Source: Chlamydiota bacterium
GTDB taxonomy: Bacteria > Auribacterota > JACPWU01
NCBI GenBank assembly: GCA_016196885.1
Contig: JACPWU010000046.1
Coordinates: 30,001 to 62,000, forward strand
Direction of reading: 5' to 3'
DNA length: 32,000 nt
The notes beneath the pieces are model-generated. The model made no database searches, had not been told where the DNA came from, and was given only the letters and a program-made list of their open reading frames with translations. Each line of letters begins with the position of its first letter. Position 1 is the first letter of the stretch. Below are positions 9,372 to 18,264 of this stretch, piece after piece. The translations under genes and the position numbers were made by a program.

Positions 9372-10961
9372 TCAAGATTTTTTTGCGGATTTCCCTTCTT
9401 CATCTTTGAGCAATTTATATTCAAGGCTATCCACCAACGCCTCCCAGGAGGCTTCAATGATGTTCTCACTGACACCCACCGTTCCCCATAAAGCCTGATC
9501 GTCTTTGGTTTCAATCAGAACACGCACTTTGGCTCCGGTTCCACCTTTGGCATCCAGAACTCTCACCTTAAAATCTTCCAAATGAACTTTTTCTAGGCTC
9601 GGGTAGAATCCCACCAAAGCTTTTCGCAAGGCGTTGTCTAAGGCATTCACAGGACCGTCGCCTTCTGCCGCCGTATGCTCTGAAACTCCATCCACTTTGA
9701 CCTTGATGGTGGCTTCGCAATGAGAATGACCCGCCCCTCTTTTTTCAATGATCACTCGAAAACCTTCTAATTCAAAAAAGGGCTTGTGCCTCTGAAGAAT
9801 TTTTTGCACCAAAAGTTTGAACGAAGCCTCAGCCGCTTCATATTCATAACCTTCATGCTCCATTTTCTTCAGTTCTTGGACAATCTGTTTTAAATCCACA
9901 TCGTTTTTGGTCAAATCAATTCCCAGTTCTACACCCTTAAACCAAATGTTGCTCCGCCCCGCTAATTCAGAAACCAGAATCCTTCTTTGATTTCCCACAG
10001 ACTCTGGCTTGACATGTTCAAAACTTTTCTCGACTTTCTGAACTGCATTCACATGCGTCCCACCTTTATGAGAAAAAGCGCTTGTGCCCACATAAGGGGC
10101 CCGCTCATCATGTCGCACATTGGCCAGTTCATCCACAAATCGAGAGAGTTCCACCAAGCGTTTCAATTTATCAGCAGGCAAACAGGGATAACCCAATTTC
10201 AATTGAAGATTGGGAATAATGGTACATAAATTGGCATTGCCACAACGCTCCCCGTAGCCATTGATGGTCCCCTGGACTTGAAGTGCGCCCAACTGAATCG
10301 CCAAAACGGAGTTGGCCACCGCCAACCCAGAATCGTTGTGCGAATGAATTCCCAAAGGAATTTTTATTTTCTTCGAAACTACTTCTATGATTTCTTTTAA
10401 ATCAAGCGACAACGTCCCGCCATTGGTGTCGCACAAAGCGATACAATCCGCCCCCGCTTCCTCAGCCGCTTGAATCGTTTTCAAGGCGTATTCGGGATTG
10501 TCTTTAAACCCATCAAAGAAATGCTCGGCGTCATAAACCACTTCGCGGTCATGGTCTTTTAAGAAACGTACCGTATCTCGAATGATGGCCAAATTTTCAT
10601 CGCCCGTGGTGCCCAAAATATGCTGAACATGCAGCATCCAACTTTTCCCAAAAATAGTCACCACCGAAGTTTCTGCGTCAAGAAGGGCCTTGACTTGGGG
10701 ATCATTTTTAACAGAGGTATTGGCCCTTCGAGTACTTCCAAACGCGACCAATTTGGCCTGTTTCAGAGACAAACGCCTGGCCTCTTTAAAAAAAGCCACT
10801 TCCTTGGGATTAGCCCCCGGCCATCCCCCTTCAATATAAGGAATTGCAAAGTCATCCAGCTTTTCAACAATGCGCAGTTTATCCGCACTGGAAAAAGAAA
10901 TTCCCGCCGCCTGAGCGCCGTCTCTGAGCGTGGTGTCGTAAATGATAATTTTTTTATGCAT
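9372..10961 (-). CDS. cimA: (R)-citramalate synthase (LeuA/CimA family)
   Basis: [23 protein letters not shown], the C-terminal LeuA-dimer-type regulatory domain, ~529 aa. The size and N-terminus match the CimA-type subfamily. Confidence 0.8.
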   Translation of the reverse strand: MHKKIIIYDTTLRDGAQAAGISFSSADKLRIVEKLDDFAIPYIEGGWPGANPKEVAFFKEARRLSLKQAKLVAFGSTRRANTSVKNDPQVKALLDAETSVVTIFGKSWMLHVQHILGTTGDENLAIIRDTVRFLKDHDREVVYDAEHFFDGFKDNPEYALKTIQAAEEAGADCIALCDTNGGTLSLDLKEIIEVVSKKIKIPLGIHSHNDSGLAVANSVLAIQLGALQVQGTINGYGERCGNANLCTIIPNLQLKLGYPCLPADKLKRLVELSRFVDELANVRHDERAPYVGTSAFSHKGGTHVNAVQKVEKSFEHVKPESVGNQRRILVSELAGRSNIWFKGVELGIDLTKNDVDLKQIVQELKKMEHEGYEYEAAEASFKLLVQKILQRHKPFFELEGFRVIIEKRGAGHSHCEATIKVKVDGVSEHTAAEGDGPVNALDNALRKALVGFYPSLEKVHLEDFKVRVLDAKGGTGAKVRVLIETKDDQALWGTVGVSENIIEASWEALVDSLEYKLLKDEEGKSAKKS

Positions 10962-10978
10962 AATGCATATTCTTCGTT

Positions 10979-12202
10979 TTAGGCATGATTTATTCCAAGA
11001 CCAAACTTTTGATGAACCGTCTGAACAGCCTTATCTGCATACTCCCTTCTGATGACACAAGAAATCTTAATTTCGGAAGTGCTGATCATCAGAATGTTAA
11101 TCCCCTCTTTGGCCAAGGCTTCAAAAAGATTCGCCGCCACTCCGGAATGACTTTTCATCCCAATCCCCACAACAGACACCTTTGCAATTTTGTCATCGGA
11201 ATCAATTTTCTGAGCCCCCACTTCATTGGCCGCATTTTTAAGCACGTTGAGCGTCTTAGATAAATCCGTCTGGCTCACCGTAAAGGAAATATCCGTATGC
11301 CCCTGTTCACTGACGTTTTGAATAATCATGTCAATATTGATATGGGCATCCGCCAGAAGCTTAAAAATCTTGGCTGCAATCCCTGGTTTATCTGCCACTT
11401 TGCTGATAGTCACCTTTGCCTGATCTTTGTCCGCTGTCACACCGCGTATCACTACATCTTCCATTTCTCGAGCCTCCTCTACAATCATCGTGCCAGGTTC
11501 GTCATTGAAACTGGACCGAACGTGAATCTTGACCCCATATTTTTTCGCAAATTCAATCGACCTCGAATGCATCACCTTCGCCCCAAGACTGGCCAATTCT
11601 AGCATTTCATCATAAGAGATTTCAGGAATTCTCTTCGCCTCGGAAACCACGCGAGGATCTGTCGTAAAAATACCATTCACATCTGTATAAATTTCGCAAT
11701 CATCCGCCTTAAGCACCGCCGCCAAAGCCACCGCTGTCGTGTCTGATCCTCCACGTCCCAAAGTCGTGATATCCTGAGCTTCATTCACCCCTTGAAAACC
11801 CGCCACAATCACGATATTTCCCTCTTTCAAAGCACTTGTCACACGATCTGTACTGATGCTGCGAATTTTCGCCTTGGTGTGAACATTGTCTGTAAAAATT
11901 CCGACCTGTGCCCCTGTGAAAGAAATGGCTGAACACCCGAGCGCATGAACGGCCATGCTCAAAAGGGCCGCTGACATTTGCTCTCCCGTCGCCATCAACA
12001 TATCCATCTCTCTTTCGCTGGGATCATCCGTCATTTTTTTGGCCAAATCAATCAAATCATCTGTGGTATCTCCCAAGGCTGAAACCACCGCGACCACATC
12101 ATTGCCCGCTTTCTTAGCGGCCACAATTCTTCGAGCCACATTTTTAATGCGCTCTGGATTTGCAACAGAACTTCCACCGTATTTTTGAACAATCAAAGAC
12201 AT
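10979..12202 (-). CDS. lysC: Aspartate kinase
   Basis: [24 protein letters not shown], and two C-terminal ACT domains. ATG at 12202 is preceded by AAAGGGG with an 8-nt spacer. The longer TTG start at 12226 runs into repeat sequence. Confidence 0.9.
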   Translation of the reverse strand: MSLIVQKYGGSSVANPERIKNVARRIVAAKKAGNDVVAVVSALGDTTDDLIDLAKKMTDDPSEREMDMLMATGEQMSAALLSMAVHALGCSAISFTGAQVGIFTDNVHTKAKIRSISTDRVTSALKEGNIVIVAGFQGVNEAQDITTLGRGGSDTTAVALAAVLKADDCEIYTDVNGIFTTDPRVVSEAKRIPEISYDEMLELASLGAKVMHSRSIEFAKKYGVKIHVRSSFNDEPGTMIVEEAREMEDVVIRGVTADKDQAKVTISKVADKPGIAAKIFKLLADAHINIDMIIQNVSEQGHTDISFTVSQTDLSKTLNVLKNAANEVGAQKIDSDDKIAKVSVVGIGMKSHSGVAANLFEALAKEGINILMISTSEIKISCVIRREYADKAVQTVHQKFGLGINHA

Positions 12203-12221
12203 AATAAAAACCCCTTTAATT

Positions 12222-12329
12222 CCCAATAACCAATAACAAATGACAAATTAATTCCCAATGAACCAATGTCTAATTAAACATTGGCTATTAGTCATTCATT
12301 TGTCATTTGAAATTGGTCATTTGTCATTT
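12222..12329. repeat. Inverted heptanucleotide arrays flanking a central hairpin (lysC-thrC spacer)
   Basis: The left arm has cccaata/accaata/acaaatg/acaaatt units. The right arm has tgtcatt/ggtcatt/tgtcatt units, the complement type. The central stem ccaatgt (12263-12269) pairs with acattgg (12278-12284). Confidence 0.65.
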
Positions 12330-12332
12330 CAC

Positions 12333-13388
12333 CTATACCCACTTCAACACCTCTTCCACTCTGGGTTTAATCACCTTCGGTTCTCCAGCCACCTTCATCG
12401 CCCGATCGGGATCTTTTAAACCATGCCCTGTCAGAGTAGCCACAATCATTTTTTCTCCAGAGTCCTTGAAAAACCCTTCCTTGTTGAGTTTTATCAAACC
12501 TGCAAAAGACGCAGCAGAAGCAGGCTCTGCAAAAATGCCATCCATTTTCGCAAGCATTTGATAAGCTTTCAGAATTTCCTCATCCGTTACTTTATCAATT
12601 TTTCCTTGAGAGGCTTGAACCGTATCCACAGCCTTTTGCCAATTGGCAGGATTGCCAATTTTAATGGCCGTCGCGAGGGTCTCGGGTTTCTCAATCACAT
12701 GGCCCTCCACAATGGGTGCCGCACCCGCTGCCTGAAAACCCATCATTTTGGGAAGACGATTAGACTTTTTCAATTTAAAATATTCTTGATATCCCATCCA
12801 GTAGGCCGAAATATTTCCAGCATTCCCCACGGGAATAAAATGATAATCCGGTGCCTTTCCAAGTGCATCGCAAATCTCAAAGGCTGCCGTTTTCTGACCT
12901 TCCAAACGATAAGGATTAATAGAATTTACAAGTGTAAGCGGATGTTTCTTCCCTACTTCTTTAACCACATTCAAGGCCTCGTCAAAACTTCCCTCCACCG
13001 CCAACACAACTGCGCCATGCATCAAGGCCTGAGCCAGTTTTCCCAAGGCAATGCCCCCTTGAGGCACCAGCACAATACACTTCATCTTCGCCCGAGCCGC
13101 ATAAGCTGCGGCTGCGGCTGAGGTATTTCCTGTTGAGGCGCAAATGACGGCTTGAGAACCCTCTTCTAAAGCCTTTGAAATCGCCATCGTCATCCCACGA
13201 TCCTTAAAAGATCCCGTGGGATTGGCCCCTTCAAATTTAAAATAAATTTTCAATCCATTCCCTAAAAACTCACTGATATTCTTTCCATAAATGAGCGGAG
13301 TATTCCCCTCATGAAGGGTGACAATCGGCGTGCGATCACTCACCGGAAGAAGGTTGCGATAATGATGAATCAATCCTTGCCAGTACAT
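12333..13388 (-). CDS. thrC: Threonine synthase
   Basis: [16 protein letters not shown] (PLP lysine motif) and [13 protein letters not shown]. 351 aa. Confidence 0.92.
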   Translation of the reverse strand: MYWQGLIHHYRNLLPVSDRTPIVTLHEGNTPLIYGKNISEFLGNGLKIYFKFEGANPTGSFKDRGMTMAISKALEEGSQAVICASTGNTSAAAAAYAARAKMKCIVLVPQGGIALGKLAQALMHGAVVLAVEGSFDEALNVVKEVGKKHPLTLVNSINPYRLEGQKTAAFEICDALGKAPDYHFIPVGNAGNISAYWMGYQEYFKLKKSNRLPKMMGFQAAGAAPIVEGHVIEKPETLATAIKIGNPANWQKAVDTVQASQGKIDKVTDEEILKAYQMLAKMDGIFAEPASAASFAGLIKLNKEGFFKDSGEKMIVATLTGHGLKDPDRAMKVAGEPKVIKPRVEEVLKWV

Positions 13389-13443
13389 TTTATTTAGAAT
13401 TCTCCTCTGACACCTTAATGGTTATCTCTAGCCACCCTCTAGA

Positions 13444-13523
13444 GTCATCCCCGAGTGTCCTAATCGGGGATCCAGAAAAACTTCTCAAACCGTGGATTCC
13501 CGCTTGCAACCTGCGGGAATGAC
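13444..13523. repeat. REPIN-like doublet: two inverted REP hairpins
   Basis: Unit A (+) is GTCATCCCCGAgtgtcctaaTCGGGGATCCAG at 13444-13475. Unit B (reverse complement) is GTCATTCCCGCaggttgcaaGCGGGAATCCAC at 13492-13523. They have the same architecture and opposite orientation. Confidence 0.7.
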
Positions 13524-13565
13524 AACTTATATACATTTTAAATTTATGATAATGATAAATATAAG

Positions 13566-14864
13566 TTAATTCTCTTCTGACTCTTCTACTCTAATCCTTA
13601 ACGTTTTTTTACGAATAGCACTCAAACGATCAATGGTTTGAATCGCTTGTCTAAAATTTTTCTCCTTGGCCTGATGCGTCATAATCACCACAGGCACAGG
13701 CCCGCTTTGATGGCGCTCCGGCTGAATCACAGACGCAATGCTGATGCCATTCTCACCTAGAATCCCTGCAATTCTGGCCAAAACACCCGGCTTATCCAAG
13801 GCCGAAAAGCGCAAATAAGACCGGCACTCCAGTTCATCCATATTTTGAATCGCTTTTTGACTCTCTTTTCGGGTCGTGGAAAAACTCGAAAAACCATGAC
13901 CCATTTGCTTCGCAATATCCACCAAATCTCCCACCACCGCACTCGCTGTGGGACGTTCTCCAGCGCCTCTCCCGTAGAAAAGCCCACGACCCACATAGTC
14001 CCCTTCATAATAAATGGCGTTATAAACCCCATTCACAGAAGCCAGCAAATGCGTCTGAGGGATCAAGGTCGGATGAACCCTAGCCTCCAAAGAGGCTCCT
14101 TTATCCTTCGCAATCGCCAAAAGCTTAACGGCATAACCAAATTGACGCACATATTGAATATCTAAAGAAGTGATTTGAGTAATCCCTTCGACATAAACTT
14201 TCTTAAAATCAATCCAATGCCCATACGCCAAAGAAGCCAAAATCACCAACTTATGTGCAGAGTCAATCCCTTCTATGTCTAAAGTTGAATTGGCCTCTGC
14301 ATAGCCAAGAGATTTTGCTTGAGCCAAAGCTTCTTCAAAATCCATATTCTCCAAAGTCATCTTGCTCAAAATATAATTAGACGTTCCGTTCACAATCCCG
14401 CAAATTGTCTTAAAATGATTTCCGACCAGTCCCTCTCGAAAGCCCTTAATCACAGGGATTCCGCCGCCGACGCTCCCCTCAAAAAAAAGATTTTTCCCAG
14501 AGCGCTCAGCTGCGCGAAAAAGTTCACGCCCACATTCAGCCAAAAGGGCCTTGTTCGCCGTCACCACATGCTTTCCCTGTTTCAACGCCTTCAAAATAAA
14601 TTCTTTGGCGGGATGAAGCCCTCCAATCAGTTCAATCACGATTTCAATTTGAGGATCCTGAAGAATTTCATCGGCATTCAGAGTTAAAAGAGAAGAAGAT
14701 ACTTTGATCGCCCTCTTTCTCCCAGGATCCCGATCCGCAATTTTAACGAGTTCGATTTTTCGGCCCGCCCTTTGAAAGATCAATTCTTGATTCTCTCTCA
14801 AAAGACGCACCACCCCCGTCCCGACCGTGCCAAAACCGATTAAACCTACTTTGATTGTATTCAA
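13566..14864 (-). CDS. hom: Homoserine dehydrogenase
   Basis: IKVGLIGFGTVGTGV Rossmann motif and a C-terminal ACT domain. The start is reassigned to the TTG at 14864, preceded by GGAGG with a 6-nt spacer. The 55-codon upstream extension in the ORF track has no homology-like content. Confidence 0.9.
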   Translation of the reverse strand: MNTIKVGLIGFGTVGTGVVRLLRENQELIFQRAGRKIELVKIADRDPGRKRAIKVSSSLLTLNADEILQDPQIEIVIELIGGLHPAKEFILKALKQGKHVVTANKALLAECGRELFRAAERSGKNLFFEGSVGGGIPVIKGFREGLVGNHFKTICGIVNGTSNYILSKMTLENMDFEEALAQAKSLGYAEANSTLDIEGIDSAHKLVILASLAYGHWIDFKKVYVEGITQITSLDIQYVRQFGYAVKLLAIAKDKGASLEARVHPTLIPQTHLLASVNGVYNAIYYEGDYVGRGLFYGRGAGERPTASAVVGDLVDIAKQMGHGFSSFSTTRKESQKAIQNMDELECRSYLRFSALDKPGVLARIAGILGENGISIASVIQPERHQSGPVPVVIMTHQAKEKNFRQAIQTIDRLSAIRKKTLRIRVEESEEN

Positions 14865-14972
14865 CGATAACCTCCAGAATAGGCTAGGAATATAGCATTC
14901 ACATCGGGTTAGTTTCAAATGAAAAGGAAACACGAAACAACGTAGTTCATTCCGATAGGGAGGGGAGAAACC

Positions 14973-15048
14973 AGGGACGAGGGACGACGGAAGAAGGATG
15001 CAAAAGAATTTAAGTCGTCCCTCGTCCATCGTCCATCGTCCATCGTTT
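14973..15048. repeat. Inverted heptanucleotide arrays forming a 14-bp stem across the dedA stop codon
   Basis: gggacga x2 at 14974-14987 faces gtcgtcc ctcgtcc atcgtcc atcgtcc atcgttt at 15014-15048. Positions 14975-14988 pair perfectly with 15014-15027. This may be a terminator or stabiliser hairpin. Confidence 0.65.
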
Positions 15049-15678
15049 TTTCCTCTGCCTCACATACTCGACCGCGCCCGGCAGAATGGAGATGACAATG
15101 ATGGCCAGAATCACCAGCGTGAAATTATGCTTCACATAGGAAAGATTTCCGAAAAAATATCCGCCTAAAATGAAGGCAAAAATCCAGGCAAGGCCTCCAA
15201 GGAGGTTATAACTGAGGAAACGCGTGTAACTCATTTTTCCAATCCCAGCGACAAAAGGAGCAAAGGTTCGGACAATCGGGACAAATCGGGCCAAAATAAT
15301 GGTTTTAGCCCCATACTTTTCATAGAAAGAATGCGTGCGATCTAAATATTCTTTTTTCAGGAAACGGCTTTTTTCTTGATGGAATACCTTGGGCCCCACG
15401 ATGGCGCCTATCCAATAATTAAGCGTATCCCCTGCCACTGCAGCAAAAGACAAAATCAAAAGCAAAATTTCAACTTTTAAAGAACCTTGTGCTGCAAAAG
15501 CCCCCGCGGCAAAAAGTAAAGAATCTCCCGGAAGAATGGGTGTGACCACCAAACCGGTTTCACAAAACACAATCAAAAATAAAATTAAATATGTCCACAA
15601 ACCACAATTCTGAATCATCACACTCAAGTGCTGATCCAAATGGAGAAAAAAATCAATACCCTGATGAAGCCAACTCAT
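15010..15678 (-). CDS. dedA: DedA/SNARE-associated family inner-membrane protein
   Basis: FCETGLVVTPILPGDSLLFAAG and ARFVPIVRTFAPFVAG motifs. The start is set at ATG 15678 (MSWLHQGIDFF). The upstream part of the 296-aa ORF reads through REP sequence. Confidence 0.85.
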   Translation of the reverse strand: MSWLHQGIDFFLHLDQHLSVMIQNCGLWTYLILFLIVFCETGLVVTPILPGDSLLFAAGAFAAQGSLKVEILLLILSFAAVAGDTLNYWIGAIVGPKVFHQEKSRFLKKEYLDRTHSFYEKYGAKTIILARFVPIVRTFAPFVAGIGKMSYTRFLSYNLLGGLAWIFAFILGGYFFGNLSYVKHNFTLVILAIIVISILPGAVEYVRQRKKRWTMDDGRGTT

Positions 15679-15875
15679 GCCCCCCCCGAACAAAAAGGAA
15701 TCAAAAATGTTAAAATCTGGATTCAAAAAATCTTTATCCGATTGGCTAAATGTACTGAAAATCAAAAACCATTTCAATTCTTTTCCTTCCCGCATTCTTC
15801 CCAAACACGGACATTCAACAAAATAGGAAAAAAGTGGATGATGGATGTTGGATTCCTCCCCCTCGTTGAAGCTTG

Positions 15876-15938
15876 TGTAGTCGCCCGATTCATCGGGCAA
15901 TCCGTGTGCAAGGCTGCCCCATAAATGGGGCGACTACA
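15876..15938. repeat. REPIN-like doublet (GTAGTCGCCC-hairpin units in inverted orientation)
   Basis: gtagtcGCCCGAttcaTCGGGCa (+) faces the reverse complement of gtagtcGCCCCAtttaTGGGGCa. The outer 11-bp arms tgtagtcgccc and gggcgactaca can also pair. Confidence 0.7.
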
Positions 15939-16018
15939 ACATGAGCCTCACTTTCATAGCAAGGAGAGGTGAGGGGAGGCGAGAGAAAGGGATTAGAAGC
16001 TAAGTGAACAGTATGGGG

Positions 16019-17899
16019 CTAGGCGGAACACTCGCCCTTTTTAGCTTCAAGGCGGTAATCCTGATCCGAGCCCCAATCCTTGTATATTTCAGGGGCCTCG
16101 TCTGGAGGGGGAACAAGTGCGAAGGGATTTAATTCGTTTCGAACTTTTTCGAAACCTATTCTCTCAAAAAAACTCTGCAGACTTTCATCTGAATTTCTAT
16201 GTCCAAGATAGAACCTTAAAAGATGGGTCACCGCCTCAGGAACTTTTCTCGCCGGGACTGACAGAATATTTTTTGCAAATTGGGCCCTGCCTTTTTCTGT
16301 AAATCCCCCCGTCATGATCTGATAATGGGGAACCACCCGTCCATGGAGAGTCCGAGACGCTCCGTGAAATCCTAAATCTGCAATGGAGTGCTGACTGCAG
16401 CCATGGGGACATCCGGAAACCTTAAGTCGAAGTTTAAATATCTCAGAATCATGGCTCAAGCCATTGCTAAAAATTTTTCCGAGTTCTACCGCCAATCCCC
16501 TCGAGCGAGTAATGGCCGAAATGCAGCTATCAGCACCCGCACAACGGGTAATATCCATCACATGTTCTGCACAACAATCAGCAAGATCCGCTGATTTCAA
16601 CTCACGGTAAAGAAAGGGAAGATCATCCTGATGAACCCATCGCAAGAGAAGATTTTGTGTAATGGTTGTTCTCACCCGTCCTTCGCAAAACCGGCGGGAT
16701 ATCTCAGCGATTCTTCTCAATTGAGAGCCCGTAATATCTCCCAGAAAACAGCGTATAAAAACAGAACGAAATTCTGCCTGTTTTTGGGAAAGGGTGTTAT
16801 GGTGCTCCCATCTTTCGAATTCAGAATTTTTGAGAAAGGCGTCTTTTTTGAAAAACCCCGATTCAACCCAGATTTTGCAATAGACGCGTGAACCGAGACG
16901 CAAGAGCTTGAGCCAGATTGGCCTGAAGAAAACGGAGGCATGCAAAAATTTGCCTGTCGAGTATTTCTGAAGGTCAAGTGCCCCAAGATCTTGCGTCGAA
17001 TTCCGCGGCCTATTGCAAATTCTGGGTTCAACCCTCTTTGGCGCTTCTTCAATCTTTTCAAGGAGATCCGTCCCCCCTTTTTGGAAGAGAATTTCTTGCC
17101 GGACAGATTGAACCGCCTCCTTAAAACGTTCGATCCCCCAGTCCTTGATCAAAAACTTCAGCCTTGAGCGATCCTTGTTTTGGCGGCTTCCATGCTGGTT
17201 AAACACCGCAAGAATAGCCTGAAAGGTGATAAGCAAGAACTCCGCCGGTGTGAAATTTTCAAGGAGCTGGGCCTCCCGCGGTGCTCCCCCCAGCCCCCCT
17301 CCTACATATACTTCAAAACCACGGATCGCACCCCTCATAACCGCAAAAACGCCAATGTCATGAATCATGGCATGAATATGATCCGCAGGACATCCTTCAA
17401 AGGCAATTTTGATTTTTCTGGGAAGACCCTGCGTCAGGGGATTTCTTAAAAAATATTTGCTTACTGCTTGCGCATAAGGCGTAACATCAAAGAGCTCATC
17501 CCGAGCAATACCTGAAAATGGACAGGTCGTAACATTTCGGACGCCATTTCCGCCCGTTTCACGCGAGGTAAGATCCACATCCGCCAAAGAACGCAAAACC
17601 TTCATCAAATGATCTTCACTGATCCCATAAAGTTCCAGACCTTGGCGAGTGGTCAAATGAACCCCCTTAATGGCACTATACTCTTCAGACAAATCCGCGA
17701 CCCGCTCCATTTGAAGAGGTGAAAGCATCCCCTGAGGGATTTTGATCCTAATCATATATTTGTCAGAGGTCCCGCGGTAGGAATAAACACCCTGCCAAAC
17801 CCTGACCTTTCGAAATTCTTCAAAATCCAGGCGGCCCTCCATAAAATGGTTGAACGAAATCTCGAACCGATCCAGTTCCGCTTGTGAAGTATTCTTCAT
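16019..17899 (-). CDS. sir: Ferredoxin-type assimilatory sulfite/nitrite reductase (siroheme-[4Fe-4S]) with an in-frame MITE insertion
   Basis: Two NIR_SIR half-domains. The Cys cluster motifs are TRCAGADSC (C-x5-C) and SGCPHGC (C-x3-C) in the C-terminal half. About 58 extra residues (RICNRPRNSTQDLG...CKIWVESG) between the halves are encoded by the repeat element. Confidence 0.8.
   Translation of the reverse strand: MKNTSQAELDRFEISFNHFMEGRLDFEEFRKVRVWQGVYSYRGTSDKYMIRIKIPQGMLSPLQMERVADLSEEYSAIKGVHLTTRQGLELYGISEDHLMKVLRSLADVDLTSRETGGNGVRNVTTCPFSGIARDELFDVTPYAQAVSKYFLRNPLTQGLPRKIKIAFEGCPADHIHAMIHDIGVFAVMRGAIRGFEVYVGGGLGGAPREAQLLENFTPAEFLLITFQAILAVFNQHGSRQNKDRSRLKFLIKDWGIERFKEAVQSVRQEILFQKGGTDLLEKIEEAPKRVEPRICNRPRNSTQDLGALDLQKYSTGKFLHASVFFRPIWLKLLRLGSRVYCKIWVESGFFKKDAFLKNSEFERWEHHNTLSQKQAEFRSVFIRCFLGDITGSQLRRIAEISRRFCEGRVRTTITQNLLLRWVHQDDLPFLYRELKSADLADCCAEHVMDITRCAGADSCISAITRSRGLAVELGKIFSNGLSHDSEIFKLRLKVSGCPHGCSQHSIADLGFHGASRTLHGRVVPHYQIMTGGFTEKGRAQFAKNILSVPARKVPEAVTHLLRFYLGHRNSDESLQSFFERIGFEKVRNELNPFALVPPPDEAPEIYKDWGSDQDYRLEAKKGECSA
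16862..17031. mobile_element. Full-length ~170-bp MITE with ~23-bp terminal inverted repeats, inserted in-frame in the reductase gene
   Basis: The left TIR is ttcaacccagattttgcaatag and the right TIR is ctattgcaaattctgggttcaa. An internal second inverted repeat is gacgcaagagcttg / caagatcttgcgtc. A second copy is at 2114-2253. Confidence 0.8.
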
Positions 17900-18080
17900 T
17901 CTCCAGAATCCCTTTTTCTCACTGTTAAACCCTTACAGGTTTCGTTCAAACGGAGCAATCGTATCTGTTATCTTTCATTAATCTATGATGTAAGTCATGA
18001 AAATGGATAAAATTTAATGCGGGATCTTTCTCAACATCAATACTTCAACGCTGTTCGTCGCATCATTTCACGACGGCGTC

Positions 18081-18264
18081 TAGCCCGCATTTCTCATCAC
18101 ATTTCTGCTGCGAGCGCCGATTCCGCCTCGTCTCTCCGTGCAGACTCGGTCGGCCACGCTCAACATACTGTAAAGTATGCCTCGCATGGCCTCGGTCGTC
18201 TTCCTCGCATCCAAAGCGGACTCAGGCGTTCCTCGCGACGAAATCTGATGAGAAATGCGGGCTA
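18081..18264 (+). ncRNA. Candidate structured RNA with 6S-RNA-like architecture (strand uncertain); alternatively a hairpin-forming MITE
   Basis: A 19-bp perfect closing stem (18081-18099 with 18246-18264) is extended by four more helices to about 40 bp. There is a pyrimidine-rich internal bubble of about 25 and 24 nt. The apical stem is ggcca/tggcc plus catact-GUAA-agtatg. Total length is 184 nt. The GNRA loop exists only on the plus strand. Confidence 0.35.

Noticed and set aside
12203-12332. Lysine riboswitch (L-box) upstream of lysC, or a T-box or leader upstream of valS
   Set aside because: The lysC spacer is only ~130 nt and consists of heptamer arrays with none of the conserved L-box helices that I can recognise. 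valS has just a 4-bp gap to the upstream gene.
12423-13121. 232-aa plus-strand ORF antisense to thrC, and many similar 60-126-aa antisense ORFs inside valS, uvrB, pbpC, A2M and the helicase gene
   Set aside because: These are shadow ORFs opposite strongly supported genes. Their composition is odd (Arg/His/Cys/Phe-rich), they show no motifs, and they have no ribosome-binding sites.
14865-15029. N-terminal extensions in the ORF track for hom (to 15029), dedA (to 15900), lysC (to 12226) and A2M (to 26359)
   Set aside because: The extensions start at alternative codons and run through repeat or intergenic sequence. Internal starts with good SD spacing coincide with the conserved N-termini: hom TTG 14864, dedA ATG 15678, lysC ATG 12202, A2M ATG 26347.
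1296-15048. Heptamer arrays considered as CRISPR arrays or phase-variation switches
   Set aside because: The units are only 7 nt, directly abutting, with no spacers and no cas genes, so they are not CRISPR. Phase variation is not demonstrable from a single sequence. They are reported only as short tandem repeats.
16717-17167. ORFs 16717-17061 (-), 16940-17167 (+) and 16631-16891 (+), together with 2008-2319 (+) at the other copy
   Set aside because: All of them are generated by the stop-free MITE sequence and overlap well-supported genes. The shared peptides (LTFRNTRQANFCMPPFSSGQSG..., MQKFACRVFLKVK...) reflect the repeat and not a gene family.
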